A DNA stretch of 64,000 nt from Patescibacteria group bacterium (lineage in GTDB: Bacteria; Patescibacteriota; Minisyncoccia; JACQLN01). This document shows, one piece after another, positions 9,162 to 17,056 of this stretch (position 1 is the first letter of the stretch; every line of letters starts with the position of its first letter). The notes under the pieces are model-generated. The model saw only the letters and a program-made list of their open reading frames with translations, searched no databases and was not told the DNA's origin. Where the stretch lies: the NCBI GenBank assembly GCA_038065095.1, contig JBBTRR010000001.1, positions 113,546 to 177,545 of the forward strand, written 5' to 3'. The position numbers were made by a program, and so were the translations under genes.

Positions 9162-9972
9162 AAGCTTTATTTTAGGTATTTTAACTTTTATTACAGTTTT
9201 AATTTTTTGGTTTGTTTTTGAAAAAGATAATCAAAAAGCAGAAGTTATTTTTTTAAATGTGGGCCAAGGCGATAGCCAGTTAATAGTTTTACCAAGCGAC
9301 ATACAAATTTTAATAGATGGCGGGCCTAACACCGATATTTCGGCAAAAATTTCTAAATATTTACCTTTTTACGACAAAGATATAGAGTTGATAATTTTAA
9401 CCCACCCGCACGCCGATCATTTGCGCGGGTTACTTTCTGTTTTAAAAGATTATAAAGTTCAAAACTTTATGTTTGCAGGTGCTAATTACGAAAGCAAAAT
9501 TTATGCCGAGTTTTTAGATGCGCTTAAAAAAGAGGGTAGTAATGTCTATGTAGCAGAAGCTGGAGATTTAATTAGTTATGAAAAAGATCCAATTTTAAAA
9601 ATATTAACCCCTTTAAAAAATACACTAAGCAAAAATTTTAAAGGCATACACGAAAGTATGGTGGTGAGCGAACTTAGTTTGGGCAATAAAAAGTTTTTGT
9701 TAACAGGCGATATGGAAGAAATATTAGAACGACAACTTATCGCATCAAAGACGGTTGAAGACGTAGATGTTTTAAAAATTGGGCATCATGGTTCTAAAAC
9801 TTCTACATCGGAAAATTTTTTAAAAATTGTTAAACCCGAAGAAGCTATCATTCAAGTCGGCCGTAATTCCTATGGCCACCCTACAAAGATTATTTTAGAT
9901 AGGCTAAATAAGTTTGGAGTTAAAATCTTCCGTAACGATCAGTTGGGCGATATAGTTTACCGAGCCAAATAA
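9145..9972 (+). CDS. comEC: ComEC C-terminal metallo-beta-lactamase domain protein; separate ORF overlapping the upstream part by 17 nt
   Basis: FLNVGQGDSQLIVLP, HPHADHLRGL and KIGHHGSKTSTS are the MBL-fold motifs of the ComEC C-domain. Confidence 0.8.
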   Translation: MIQLTKSFILGILTFITVLIFWFVFEKDNQKAEVIFLNVGQGDSQLIVLPSDIQILIDGGPNTDISAKISKYLPFYDKDIELIILTHPHADHLRGLLSVLKDYKVQNFMFAGANYESKIYAEFLDALKKEGSNVYVAEAGDLISYEKDPILKILTPLKNTLSKNFKGIHESMVVSELSLGNKKFLLTGDMEEILERQLIASKTVEDVDVLKIGHHGSKTSTSENFLKIVKPEEAIIQVGRNSYGHPTKIILDRLNKFGVKIFRNDQLGDIVYRAK

Positions 9973-9987
9973 CAAATCTAAATCAAA

Positions 9988-10027
9988 AACGTATCCCGAG
10001 CTTACGATCGTAAGCTCGGGATACGTT
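9988..10027. repeat. 40-bp perfect palindrome of the TACGATCGTA-core family after comEC
   Basis: AACGTATCCCGAGCT-TACGATCGTA-AGCTCGGGATACGTT. Confidence 0.65.
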
Positions 10028-10177
10028 ATGAGTTGAGATAAAAATAGCCCATAAATAGCTAGTAAATAAGCCAAGTTTTGAACTATAACAAGCTATTGAC
10101 TTTTATCTTTGTAATATGGTATTATTATGGTGTACTTTAATTTACCAAAAATAATCTAATCAACCAAAGGAGGAGAA

Positions 10178-10351
10178 AATGCTTGGAAGTATTAGTGGCA
10201 CGATCATAGTCGTTGGTGCAGTGGCTATATTTTTCGGAGCCTTCGATCTGTGGGTGGATAGTCCCAGTAACTGGAAAAAGATTGCCACAAAAATCGTGGG
10301 CGGTGTAGTGGTGGTCTGTATTGGCATGTTGATGAAAAAGTTCGGTTTGTA
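10178..10351 (+). CDS. Small membrane protein (57 aa)
   Basis: AGGAGG RBS lies 7 nt upstream. Product MLGSISGTIIVVGAVAIFFGAFDLW...VGGVVVVCIGMLMKKFGL. Confidence 0.45.
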
Positions 10352-10397
10352 ACAGTCTTATTTTTTTGAAGTAAACCTTTTTCCGTATCGGAGGCCT

Positions 10398-10517
10398 TAT
10401 GAAAAAGATGGCTATGCCGGTGTGGAGGTGGTGGGTCAAGGAATACTCTCAAGAAATGTTCATCGGTGCTGCTTTCTTGGCGCTGGCGATTCCGTTTATC
10501 AAATTCTTTTTTGGATA
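10398..10517 (+). CDS. Tiny membrane peptide (39 aa)
   Basis: GGAGG RBS. Product MKKMAMPVWRWWVKEYSQEMFIGAAFLALAIPFIKFFFG. Confidence 0.35.
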
Positions 10518-10526
10518 GGAGAAAAA

Positions 10527-10829
10527 ATGGCTACAAAACCTAGTATAGAAAAGCTCAGAGAATTGGCAAGCAGAAGGAACGTGGCTTACGAAATTAGCAG
10601 GTGGTATTATGAACCATGTTCTTTGTATCAAGAAGTTCAAGAAATCCAGAAAATAGGATTTAAGTCTCAGGCGGCTAGGTGGTTAGAATCTATGACCTCT
10701 GCTGGTATGCAGTTCGGTACTGCTTCAAAAGAAGAAAGATTGAAAGAAGCCCAAAGTATGGCTGATCTTGCCGGTATACCTCTTAAAGAGATTACTGACG
10801 AGATAGGTCTATCGGGCGTGCTTTTGTAG
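10527..10829 (+). CDS. Hypothetical soluble protein (100 aa)
   Basis: AGGAGA RBS. This is the internal start MATKPSIEKLRELASRR... of the 135-aa ORF-track entry. Confidence 0.45.
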   Translation: MATKPSIEKLRELASRRNVAYEISRWYYEPCSLYQEVQEIQKIGFKSQAARWLESMTSAGMQFGTASKEERLKEAQSMADLAGIPLKEITDEIGLSGVLL

Positions 10830-10878
10830 TATTTCCCTCGGACAAATCGTCCATCACTTTAATCAAAGGATAATTCTG

Positions 10879-11202
10879 ATGATAATCACGATAGGCGAAC
10901 TGGTTCGTGACATAAATGGCACAAACCTCGCATGCGTGCCTATGGGAGGGGAAAGTTTCGCATCTCTAACAAGTGAAGAGCGTCTGACGCTTTGGCGTTT
11001 CGATGGGGTAGCTCTGGAGGTTGATGCACAGGCGTTACCGCTTCATGTTTATCTGATGGGCGGTTCGATGAAACGACTGGCCATCTATCCTCGTAGTGGT
11101 TGCATCAAAATTCCTGGAACAAGGTGTATTTCACTCAGCGATGAAGAAAATGGTCACGAACTGGTAATACATCGTGCACCGAAGGATTATATTTACCCTT
11201 GA
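10879..11202 (+). CDS. Hypothetical protein, compositionally atypical (GC roughly 50% against a background near 35%)
   Basis: 107-aa ORF. The GC shift is judged by eye. It is followed by a GAAA-tetraloop terminator. Confidence 0.4.
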   Translation: MIITIGELVRDINGTNLACVPMGGESFASLTSEERLTLWRFDGVALEVDAQALPLHVYLMGGSMKRLAIYPRSGCIKIPGTRCISLSDEENGHELVIHRAPKDYIYP

Positions 11203-11218
11203 CCAAACTGTACACAGT

Positions 11219-11251
11219 CCTCGACGAAAGTCGGGGGCTTTTTTATTTTTT
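11219..11251 (+). terminator. Rho-independent terminator with a GAAA tetraloop
   Basis: CCTCGAC-GAAA-GTCGGGG followed by CTTTTTTATTTTTT. Confidence 0.55.
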
Positions 11252-11271
11252 CAAACCATGGTTTGAAAAAA
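11246..11271. repeat. 26-bp perfect palindrome TTTTTTCAAACCATGGTTTGAAAAAA
   Basis: All 13 base pairs are complementary. It is centred on CCATGG, between the terminator and the next operon. Confidence 0.6.
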
Positions 11272-11354
11272 TATCCTGAGCGAGTTTGCGAGTCGAAGGA
11301 TTACATAAATAGGTAGGACTTTTTTTATTCTAAAAATTTGCTATTATCATCTTT

Positions 11355-11603
11355 ATGGAGATATACTTTACGGATCATGCTAGGTATCAGTTTAAAGAAA
11401 GAAATATATCTCTGGCCGAAGTGGATAGAACCGTCAGGAGACCCGATAAAATATTAAAACAACTATCAGGCAGAATCCGTGCCGTGCGAAGGTTCAAGAA
11501 ACAAAGAAAAGTTTATGCGTTGGTGGCGGTATATGAAGTTAGAAAACACAGAATAGAGGTTGTAACGGTTTTCCTTACTAGCAAGATTAAAAAATATTTA
11601 TGA
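11355..11603 (+). CDS. DUF4258-family protein (putative toxin of the DUF4258/DUF2283 toxin-antitoxin pair)
   Basis: 82-aa product MEIYFTDHARYQFKERNISLAEVDRTV...; family assignment by recall of the DUF4258 pattern. Its stop overlaps the next start (ATGA). Confidence 0.5.
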   Translation: MEIYFTDHARYQFKERNISLAEVDRTVRRPDKILKQLSGRIRAVRRFKKQRKVYALVAVYEVRKHRIEVVTVFLTSKIKKYL

Positions 11604-11818
11604 AACTACATTACGATAAATCAGAAGATGCTTTTTATGTTCGGTTTGATGACAGCCCCTACGCTCAAAGCGATGAGATAGATGAAGGGGTTATTTTTGA
11701 CTACGACAAAAAAGGCAAAATAATTGGTATTGAAATTCTGGATGCCTCCAAAAAACTTTCGCCATCTTTTAGGGCGTCTTTGCGGCTTAAAGAGATTCCT
11801 GTTAGTGTGGGAGCGTAG
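11600..11818 (+). CDS. DUF2283-family protein (putative antitoxin partner)
   Basis: Product MKLHYDKSEDAFYVRFDDSPYAQSDEIDEGVIFDYDKKGKIIGIEILDASKKL matches the DUF2283 consensus (YDxExDxLYIxL...GxIxGIEIL). Confidence 0.55.
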   Translation: MKLHYDKSEDAFYVRFDDSPYAQSDEIDEGVIFDYDKKGKIIGIEILDASKKLSPSFRASLRLKEIPVSVGA

Positions 11819-11878
11819 TTTTTATTTTTAACAAAAGTATCCTCACATAAGAGGATTTTTTATTGTCCTAGTAAATTT

Positions 11879-12469
11879 ATGAATCATCCAAAAGAAGAAA
11901 CAACATTTTTAATGGTTAAGCCTGATGGTGTTAAGCGCGGCTTAACTGGAGAAATTATAAAACGTATAGAGCAGAGGAATTTAAAGTTGGTTGCGCTTGG
12001 CATGGAAAAACCAACTCGCGCCAAAATAGATGGGCATTACCCTAAAGATGCTAAATGGGTTCACCGCTTAGGCGAAAAAACTTTAGCTACATACGAAAAA
12101 TATGGTTACGATGCCAAAAAAGAATTAGGTACAACTGATCCAGATAAAATTGGTAAAATGGTTCGTAGTTGGCTTTTAGATTTTATGTGTTCTGGCCCGG
12201 TGGTAAAAATGGTTATAAAAGGTGTGCATGCGGTGGATATGGTTCGTAAATTAGCAGGAAGCACGATGCCTTCGGCGGCGGAGATGGGCACAATTCGCGG
12301 AGATTATTCGGTGGATTCCCCAGCTTCGGCTAACCGAGATAAGCGTTCGGTGCATAATATTGTGCATGCTTCGGAAACTCCAGAAGAAGCTAGACACGAA
12401 ATTGGATACTGGTTTAGAAAAGATGAGCTTTGCGATTATAAGCGAACGGATGAAGATTTAACTTTTTAA
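11879..12469 (+). CDS. ndk: Nucleoside diphosphate kinase, long form (196 aa)
   Basis: ETTFLMVKPDGVKRGLTGEIIKRIEQ and NIVHASETPEEARHEIGYWF are Ndk motifs. Confidence 0.8.
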   Translation: MNHPKEETTFLMVKPDGVKRGLTGEIIKRIEQRNLKLVALGMEKPTRAKIDGHYPKDAKWVHRLGEKTLATYEKYGYDAKKELGTTDPDKIGKMVRSWLLDFMCSGPVVKMVIKGVHAVDMVRKLAGSTMPSAAEMGTIRGDYSVDSPASANRDKRSVHNIVHASETPEEARHEIGYWFRKDELCDYKRTDEDLTF

Positions 12470-12477
12470 GGTTTTTT

Positions 12478-12559
12478 AAAAATCACTCCGAGCAGCGACA
12501 TGGAGTCCTCTCAATTGTATATTTGGTCATCTCCATGAATGCTACTCGGAGTGATTTTT
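12478..12559 (+). ncRNA. Candidate structured RNA element, copy 1: nested stems around a conserved 25-nt loop
   Basis: Outer stem AAAAATCACTCCGAG pairs with CTCGGAGTGATTTTT. Inner stem CATGGAG pairs with CTCCATG. The loop is TCCTCTCAATTGTATATTTGGTCAT. It lies in the ndk 3' region before the terminator at 12592. Confidence 0.35.
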
Positions 12560-12591
12560 GGGTAAGTGGTTTTAAAAATTAAATAAAAAAT

Positions 12592-12616
12592 CCGAGATCA
12601 AAAGTCTCGGGTTTTT
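12592..12616 (+). terminator. Rho-independent terminator
   Basis: CCGAGA-TCAAAA-GTCTCGG followed by GTTTTTT. Confidence 0.55.
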
Positions 12617-12633
12617 TATTGAACCCCGTAAGA

Positions 12634-12670
12634 GTTTTACACTTATAGTTTAGTGTAAAACATTTTTTTA
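12634..12670 (+). terminator. Second hairpin with a T-tract
   Basis: GTTTTACACT (12634-12643) pairs with AGTGTAAAAC (12652-12661), then ATTTTTTT. Confidence 0.45.
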
Positions 12671-12721
12671 GCGGTTTAGACTTTACTTTGAAAAATACTC
12701 TAACAGTAAAATTCTAACGGG

Positions 12722-12905
12722 GTGAACTTGGTCGGGATTTTAAAAGTATGTTCAGCCTAGTTAATAGGTGGGTTTCCGCAACGATCAACGCCCGAACGAA
12801 TCAGCACATAGTCGCAATTTAGGAATCCCTAGAACAATTATTTTGAGCTAAAACTTTTAAAATCCTTAATCCCGACTTTACGTCGAGACCAACCACCAAG
12901 TTCAC
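12722..12905. ncRNA. Candidate long-hairpin ncRNA (~184 nt) closed by an 11+7 bp terminal stem; 6S-like rod architecture, strand undetermined
   Basis: GTGAACTTGGT-CGGGATT (12722-12739) pairs with AATCCCG (12868-12874) and ACCAAGTTCAC (12895-12905). No credible ORF lies in the region. Confidence 0.25.
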
Positions 12906-12977
12906 TTTTATTATAGCTCCACAACGTATCAATTCAAGTATGTTTATCCACCTAGTTTTTGTAGGTTTTTTGTTTTT

Positions 12978-13060
12978 AAAACATAACCCTAAATAGACGA
13001 TGCGGAGGCCTCTCAATTGTAGAATTGGTCATCTCCGCGATGCTATTTGGGGTTATGTTT
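12978..13060 (+). ncRNA. Candidate structured RNA element, copy 2 (same family as 12478-12559)
   Basis: Outer stem AAACATAACCCTAAATAG pairs with CTATTTGGGGTTATGTTT. Inner stem GCGGAG pairs with CTCCGC. The loop GCCTCTCAATTGTAGAATTGGTCAT is 22/25 identical to copy 1. Confidence 0.35.
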
Positions 13061-13101
13061 AGGGAGTAAAAGATAGAATACAAAAATTATTTTTGTTATA
13101 G

Positions 13102-13773
13102 TTGTTTTGTATGTCTTTTATAGATTACGCACAGGATTTTACTAAAAAAGAATCGCTTTCAGAAAAAAAGAAGCGGATGCTTAAGGTTATTAAATTTTTA
13201 AAAGGCAAATTCCCCGAGGCTAAAATTGCCTTAAGTTTTGAAAACCCCGTTCAACTTTTGGTGGCGGTAATTCTTTCGGCGCAATGTACAGATAAAAAAG
13301 TTAACCAAGTAACAGAAAGTATATTTAAAAAATACAAAACCTCGGCAGATTTTGCCAAATTAACCCAAACTCAATTAGAAAAACTAATCCATTCGTGCGG
13401 ATTTTACAGGGCCAAGGCTAAAAATATAATTGGTGCTATAAAAATTATAGAAAATAAGTTTGGCGGCAAGGTGCCAAACACAATGGCAGAAATTTTGATC
13501 TTACCTGGTGTGGCTAGAAAAACTGCAAATGTTGTTTTGGGTAACGCTTACAATGTGGTTGACGGTATAGCTGTGGATACGCATATGATTAGAATAAATC
13601 AAAAATTAGGGTTTACTCGCCAAAAAGATCCAGTTAAAATTGAACGCGATTTAATGCAGATAATTCCTAAAAACGAATGGTTTAGTTATACTTATAGAAT
13701 AATAAACTATGGTCGCGCTGTTTGTACGGCGCGGCATAAAAAATGTGAGTGCAAACTTTATCAAATTAAATAA
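13102..13773 (+). CDS. nth: Endonuclease III (HhH-GPD DNA glycosylase with a 4Fe-4S loop)
   Basis: LPGVARKTANVVL is the helix-hairpin-helix motif. GIAVDTHMIR and the C-terminal CTARHKKCECKLYQ (C-x6-C-x2-C-x5-C) complete the pattern. Confidence 0.85.
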   Translation: MFCMSFIDYAQDFTKKESLSEKKKRMLKVIKFLKGKFPEAKIALSFENPVQLLVAVILSAQCTDKKVNQVTESIFKKYKTSADFAKLTQTQLEKLIHSCGFYRAKAKNIIGAIKIIENKFGGKVPNTMAEILILPGVARKTANVVLGNAYNVVDGIAVDTHMIRINQKLGFTRQKDPVKIERDLMQIIPKNEWFSYTYRIINYGRAVCTARHKKCECKLYQIK

Positions 13774-13798
13774 AAAGGGAATTAATGGAAGAAATGGG

Positions 13799-14923
13799 AT
13801 GAAAGGGGTTGTTTTTCTTTTTCTTTGTTTTCTGTTGCTTGATTTTAGTATTTCGGCTGAGGCGGGTAAGGTGGGCGATATTAAAAAAAGAATCAAGACA
13901 AAAGTTTCGGTTTTTTTACCTCAAAACAGGCAAGCTCAAATGCAATCGGTAAAAACGGGCATATTTTTTAGCCCAATGGAGACTGTTATTTTGGGCGGAC
14001 CAGAACAGAACAGTATTATACAAAATACCAAAGTTGAGTTTACTTTAGACGGTTGGCAAGTTTTGCCCTTCGAAAAAACAAATCGTTTTGATGTTTGGTT
14101 GATTGGCTACGATACTGGTTGGCGGGCGGTTAGTAGCAAAGTCACCTATAATCTTCCTGCGGGTAAAAAGACTTATACGTTATTGGCTCGTGCCAAAAAC
14201 GCTCAAGGTGAATACGACAATACGGCCGTAATCAGAAGTTTTTTGGTAAATGTTTCCGATAACTTTGGAAAAGTTAAAATTAGCAATGTTAATTACAGAG
14301 GATCTTCTAATAAACCTAACTACGAAAAAGTATCTATTGTTAATCGTTCTAGTGATTTAGGTGTAAACATTACTGGTTGGACGTTAAAAACAAAGCGTTT
14401 TAGTAATTCGTTTCAAATTCCTCAAGCATCCAGAGTGTATAATCCAAGGGATTTAAATGCTACAGATAATATTGTTTTAAATAAGGGCGGAGTTGCAGAT
14501 TTTTTTGTAGGCAAGAGAAGCCCATTGAGTGTGAATTTTCAAGAAAATGCTTGTGATGGTTATATATCTAGCGCTTTTGAAAGTTATGATTCTCTTTCCA
14601 GTACAGGCAGGTGTAATTTACCAAGTCGATCCGATTATAATAGTTACAGTATATCTTGCAGGGGGTATCTTAATGGTATAAGTTCATGCAAAGAGCCAAG
14701 GTTAGAATATTTTAGCTTTATTAACGAACCTTCTTGCCGAGAATTTATTACTAAAAATTATAATTACCAAGCTTGTGTGGAGCGTTCTAAAAATCAAGCT
14801 AGTTTTTATTTAGGCAAGTGGAAAATATATTTGGGACATAACGAAGAAATTTTAGATGATCTTGATGATACTTTATATTTATATGATTCTATGGGGTTGT
14901 TGGTAGATACCTATAGTTATTAA
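13799..14923 (+). CDS. Secreted lamin-tail-domain (LTD) protein with a Cys-rich C-terminal region
   Basis: Signal peptide MKGVVFLFLCFLLLDFSISAEA. LTD-like segment NVNYRGSSNKPNYEKVSIVNRSSDLGVNITGWTLKT. Ten or more Cys in the last 120 aa. Start set at the internal ATG 13799 to avoid overlap with nth. Confidence 0.6.
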   Translation: MKGVVFLFLCFLLLDFSISAEAGKVGDIKKRIKTKVSVFLPQNRQAQMQSVKTGIFFSPMETVILGGPEQNSIIQNTKVEFTLDGWQVLPFEKTNRFDVWLIGYDTGWRAVSSKVTYNLPAGKKTYTLLARAKNAQGEYDNTAVIRSFLVNVSDNFGKVKISNVNYRGSSNKPNYEKVSIVNRSSDLGVNITGWTLKTKRFSNSFQIPQASRVYNPRDLNATDNIVLNKGGVADFFVGKRSPLSVNFQENACDGYISSAFESYDSLSSTGRCNLPSRSDYNSYSISCRGYLNGISSCKEPRLEYFSFINEPSCREFITKNYNYQACVERSKNQASFYLGKWKIYLGHNEEILDDLDDTLYLYDSMGLLVDTYSY

Positions 14924-14950
14924 TGGTTGGGTAATTAATTAGAGATAAAA

Positions 14951-14982
14951 TAGCACGAGCTTACGATCGTAAGCTCGTGCTA
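14951..14982. repeat. 32-bp perfect palindrome of the TACGATCGTA-core family; bidirectional terminator-like
   Basis: TAGCACGAGCT-TACGATCGTA-AGCTCGTGCTA. Confidence 0.65.
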
Positions 14983-14990
14983 AGTGCTTT

Positions 14991-15209
14991 TTATCGGAGC
15001 ATTTCATCTGCCAGATTTCTGATTTCGGGTTTAACCCGAGGATCGTTTAGGATTTTTTCACGGCAGGCTTCCATCATGCCTATGGGGTGTATTCGGGATC
15101 CAGCCAAGCTTTCTATTGCCAGCTCGGCTAGTTGGGTTGGTGTGGTTCCATGTGGTAATGGTTCGAGATCGAAAGTAGCCAAAAAATAAGCCTGTTCTAA
15201 AATATCCAT
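14991..15209 (-). CDS. Hypothetical small acidic protein immediately downstream of murD
   Basis: 72-aa ORF MDILEQAYFLATFDLEPLPHGTTPTQLAELAIESLAG... It is co-directional with murD, 3 nt away. Confidence 0.4.
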   Translation of the reverse strand: MDILEQAYFLATFDLEPLPHGTTPTQLAELAIESLAGSRIHPIGMMEACREKILNDPRVKPEIRNLADEMLR

Positions 15210-15212
15210 TGA

Positions 15213-16574
15213 TTAACTCCTTTCTTTAAAGAACTGGTTAAACCGCTCGCCTCTATCAAATTCGTTTTTGAATTTTTCAAAACTGGCGGCGGCAGGCGAA
15301 AAAAGCAATATCTTTTTGCCTTTAATTAATTTGGCATGTTTTACGGCCGAGGTCAAAAGTGTGGAGAAGTCTATAAAAAGTTGAGGTCTAGTGTTTTTAA
15401 AATATTTTTCTCCCAGCGAATCTAACATTTTTTTGGTAGCCGAGCCGTCTAACAAGAAAAGATTGGCCGGTTTTATATATTTTTTAACAGATTTAGCCCA
15501 GTCATCAAACTCCAAATTTTTACTGGTGCCGCCGGTTATTAATATCAAGGTTAAACCTTGATGGGTGAATCGGTTTAAGGCGGCGATGGTGGCATCGGGT
15601 GAAGTAGCGGTGGTATCGTTTACTACTGTTAAATTTTTGTCTTTTAAAATTATTTCTTGTCTAAATTTTATTTGAGGCAGAGTTTTTATGGCTTTTTTAA
15701 TTGTCTTCCAATCTACGCCAGCTAAATTAGCGGCAAGAGAAGCTGTTATTAGGTTTTGGATATTATGATCGCCAAGATGCAAAAAAGAGAACGGGATTAA
15801 ATGAGAGGAAGGAGGAAAATGCGTAAAAAGAACTTGGCTGGCTGGTTTTTGTTTTAAATAAAAATTTGTCCAAGGGTTTTTCTTATTAAGAATCAAAAAA
15901 TCATTTTTGGTTTGGTGCTTAAAGATATTGGCTTTAGCTTCGGCGTATTCGGCTATATCTTTGTAGCGGTTTAAATGATCTGGATAAATATTTGTTATAA
16001 CCGCAATGTGGGGTGATTTTTCGGAAACGGGTAATAGCTCTAAATGCCAGCTTGAAAGCTCAACCACAACTGGGCTTTTTTCGTCTAAGCTATCTAAAAC
16101 GCCAAGCATGGGGCTATCGGAAGAATTTCCGGTTAAAACTGAATTAGGAAATTTTTGTTTTAAAAAGTGAAGAATCCAGTTTGCAGTGGTGGTTTTACCA
16201 CGCGTGCCAGTAACGCCAATAATTGGATTTTTACAAAAGCGGAAAAACAAACTAGCTTCGTTTTCTAAAATAGCGCCAGCTTCGCGCGCGATTTTTAAAT
16301 ATGGGCTTTCTTTGGGTACGGCCGGGTTTACTACAATAATTTGATTATTTTTAAAATCGGATTCGTTGTGTTTGCCTAAAACAAGTTTTATTTTCTTGGC
16401 GGCTGACCCAAGTGCTTTTATAGAGCTTGATAGATCGGCACGAGATTTTAAGTCGGTTACAGTAACCTTTGCGCCATGTTTAACTAGCCATTTGGTTGTG
16501 GCAATTCCACCACCCAAAAGGCCTAAACCCATTACCAACACCTTTTTGTTTTTGAGATATTCGGAAGGGGTCAT
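15213..16574 (-). CDS. murD: UDP-N-acetylmuramoyl-L-alanine--D-glutamate ligase
   Basis: N-terminal Rossmann KVLVMGLGLLGGGIATTKWLVKHGAKVTVTD, Mur-ligase P-loop GVTGTRGKTTTANW, and a C-terminal Mur ligase domain. Confidence 0.88.
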   Translation of the reverse strand: MTPSEYLKNKKVLVMGLGLLGGGIATTKWLVKHGAKVTVTDLKSRADLSSSIKALGSAAKKIKLVLGKHNESDFKNNQIIVVNPAVPKESPYLKIAREAGAILENEASLFFRFCKNPIIGVTGTRGKTTTANWILHFLKQKFPNSVLTGNSSDSPMLGVLDSLDEKSPVVVELSSWHLELLPVSEKSPHIAVITNIYPDHLNRYKDIAEYAEAKANIFKHQTKNDFLILNKKNPWTNFYLKQKPASQVLFTHFPPSSHLIPFSFLHLGDHNIQNLITASLAANLAGVDWKTIKKAIKTLPQIKFRQEIILKDKNLTVVNDTTATSPDATIAALNRFTHQGLTLILITGGTSKNLEFDDWAKSVKKYIKPANLFLLDGSATKKMLDSLGEKYFKNTRPQLFIDFSTLLTSAVKHAKLIKGKKILLFSPAAASFEKFKNEFDRGERFNQFFKERS

Positions 16575-16575
16575 T

Positions 16576-17055
16576 CTATTTTCCTAAATCCAGTTGCATT
16601 ACTAAATCGTAATTTTCAAAACCATTTTTTCTATAAAATTTAATAGCGCTTTCGTTTTGTGCCGATGGTATAACAGAAACATAGTTAACTTTATTTTCTC
16701 GGCACCAGTTTATAAAGTTATTTGTTAGTTGTGAACCTAATTTTTCGCCTTGATGTTCTGGCTTTATATAAATACTTTCTAATTCTGCGTATTTAACGTC
16801 AATTCTATATAGTGGACGTTTGAGTATGGTGCACATTATATAGCCTATAATATTTTTTTCTTCGTTTTCCACAATTTCTACAAAACTATCTTCGCCAGAG
16901 ATTCTTGCTTTAAAATATTCTTGGCCGTCGGCGCTAAAAGTCCAATCCAAATTAGCAGTAGGATCAAATTCGTGTTGAATATTAAAAAGTTCCAAATTTA
17001 GTTTGGAGACTTCTGATAAATCTTCGGGTTTGGCTTTGCGGATGGTTGTAGGCAT
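16576..17055 (-). CDS. GNAT-family N-acetyltransferase
   Basis: Motif IYIKPEHQGEKLGSQL...KFYRKNGFE is the acetyl-CoA binding motif A. Confidence 0.7.
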   Translation of the reverse strand: MPTTIRKAKPEDLSEVSKLNLELFNIQHEFDPTANLDWTFSADGQEYFKARISGEDSFVEIVENEEKNIIGYIMCTILKRPLYRIDVKYAELESIYIKPEHQGEKLGSQLTNNFINWCRENKVNYVSVIPSAQNESAIKFYRKNGFENYDLVMQLDLGK

Positions 17056-17056
17056 A

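Noticed and set aside
10137-10452. Minus-strand ORFs 10137-10439 (100 aa) and 10225-10452 (75 aa) from the ORF track
   Set aside because: The peptides are low-complexity, His- and Pro-rich and mutually overlapping. The plus strand carries three compact ORFs with strong AGGAGG-type ribosome binding sites that explain the region better.
12700-12910. Possible tmRNA, suggested by an AUAGUCGCAA string resembling the E. coli tag-resume region and a GGGG-started 5' end
   Set aside because: No tRNA-like T-arm or acceptor-CCA 3' domain could be found on either strand. The candidate tag frame is short and atypical. It is kept only as an unspecified long-hairpin ncRNA candidate.
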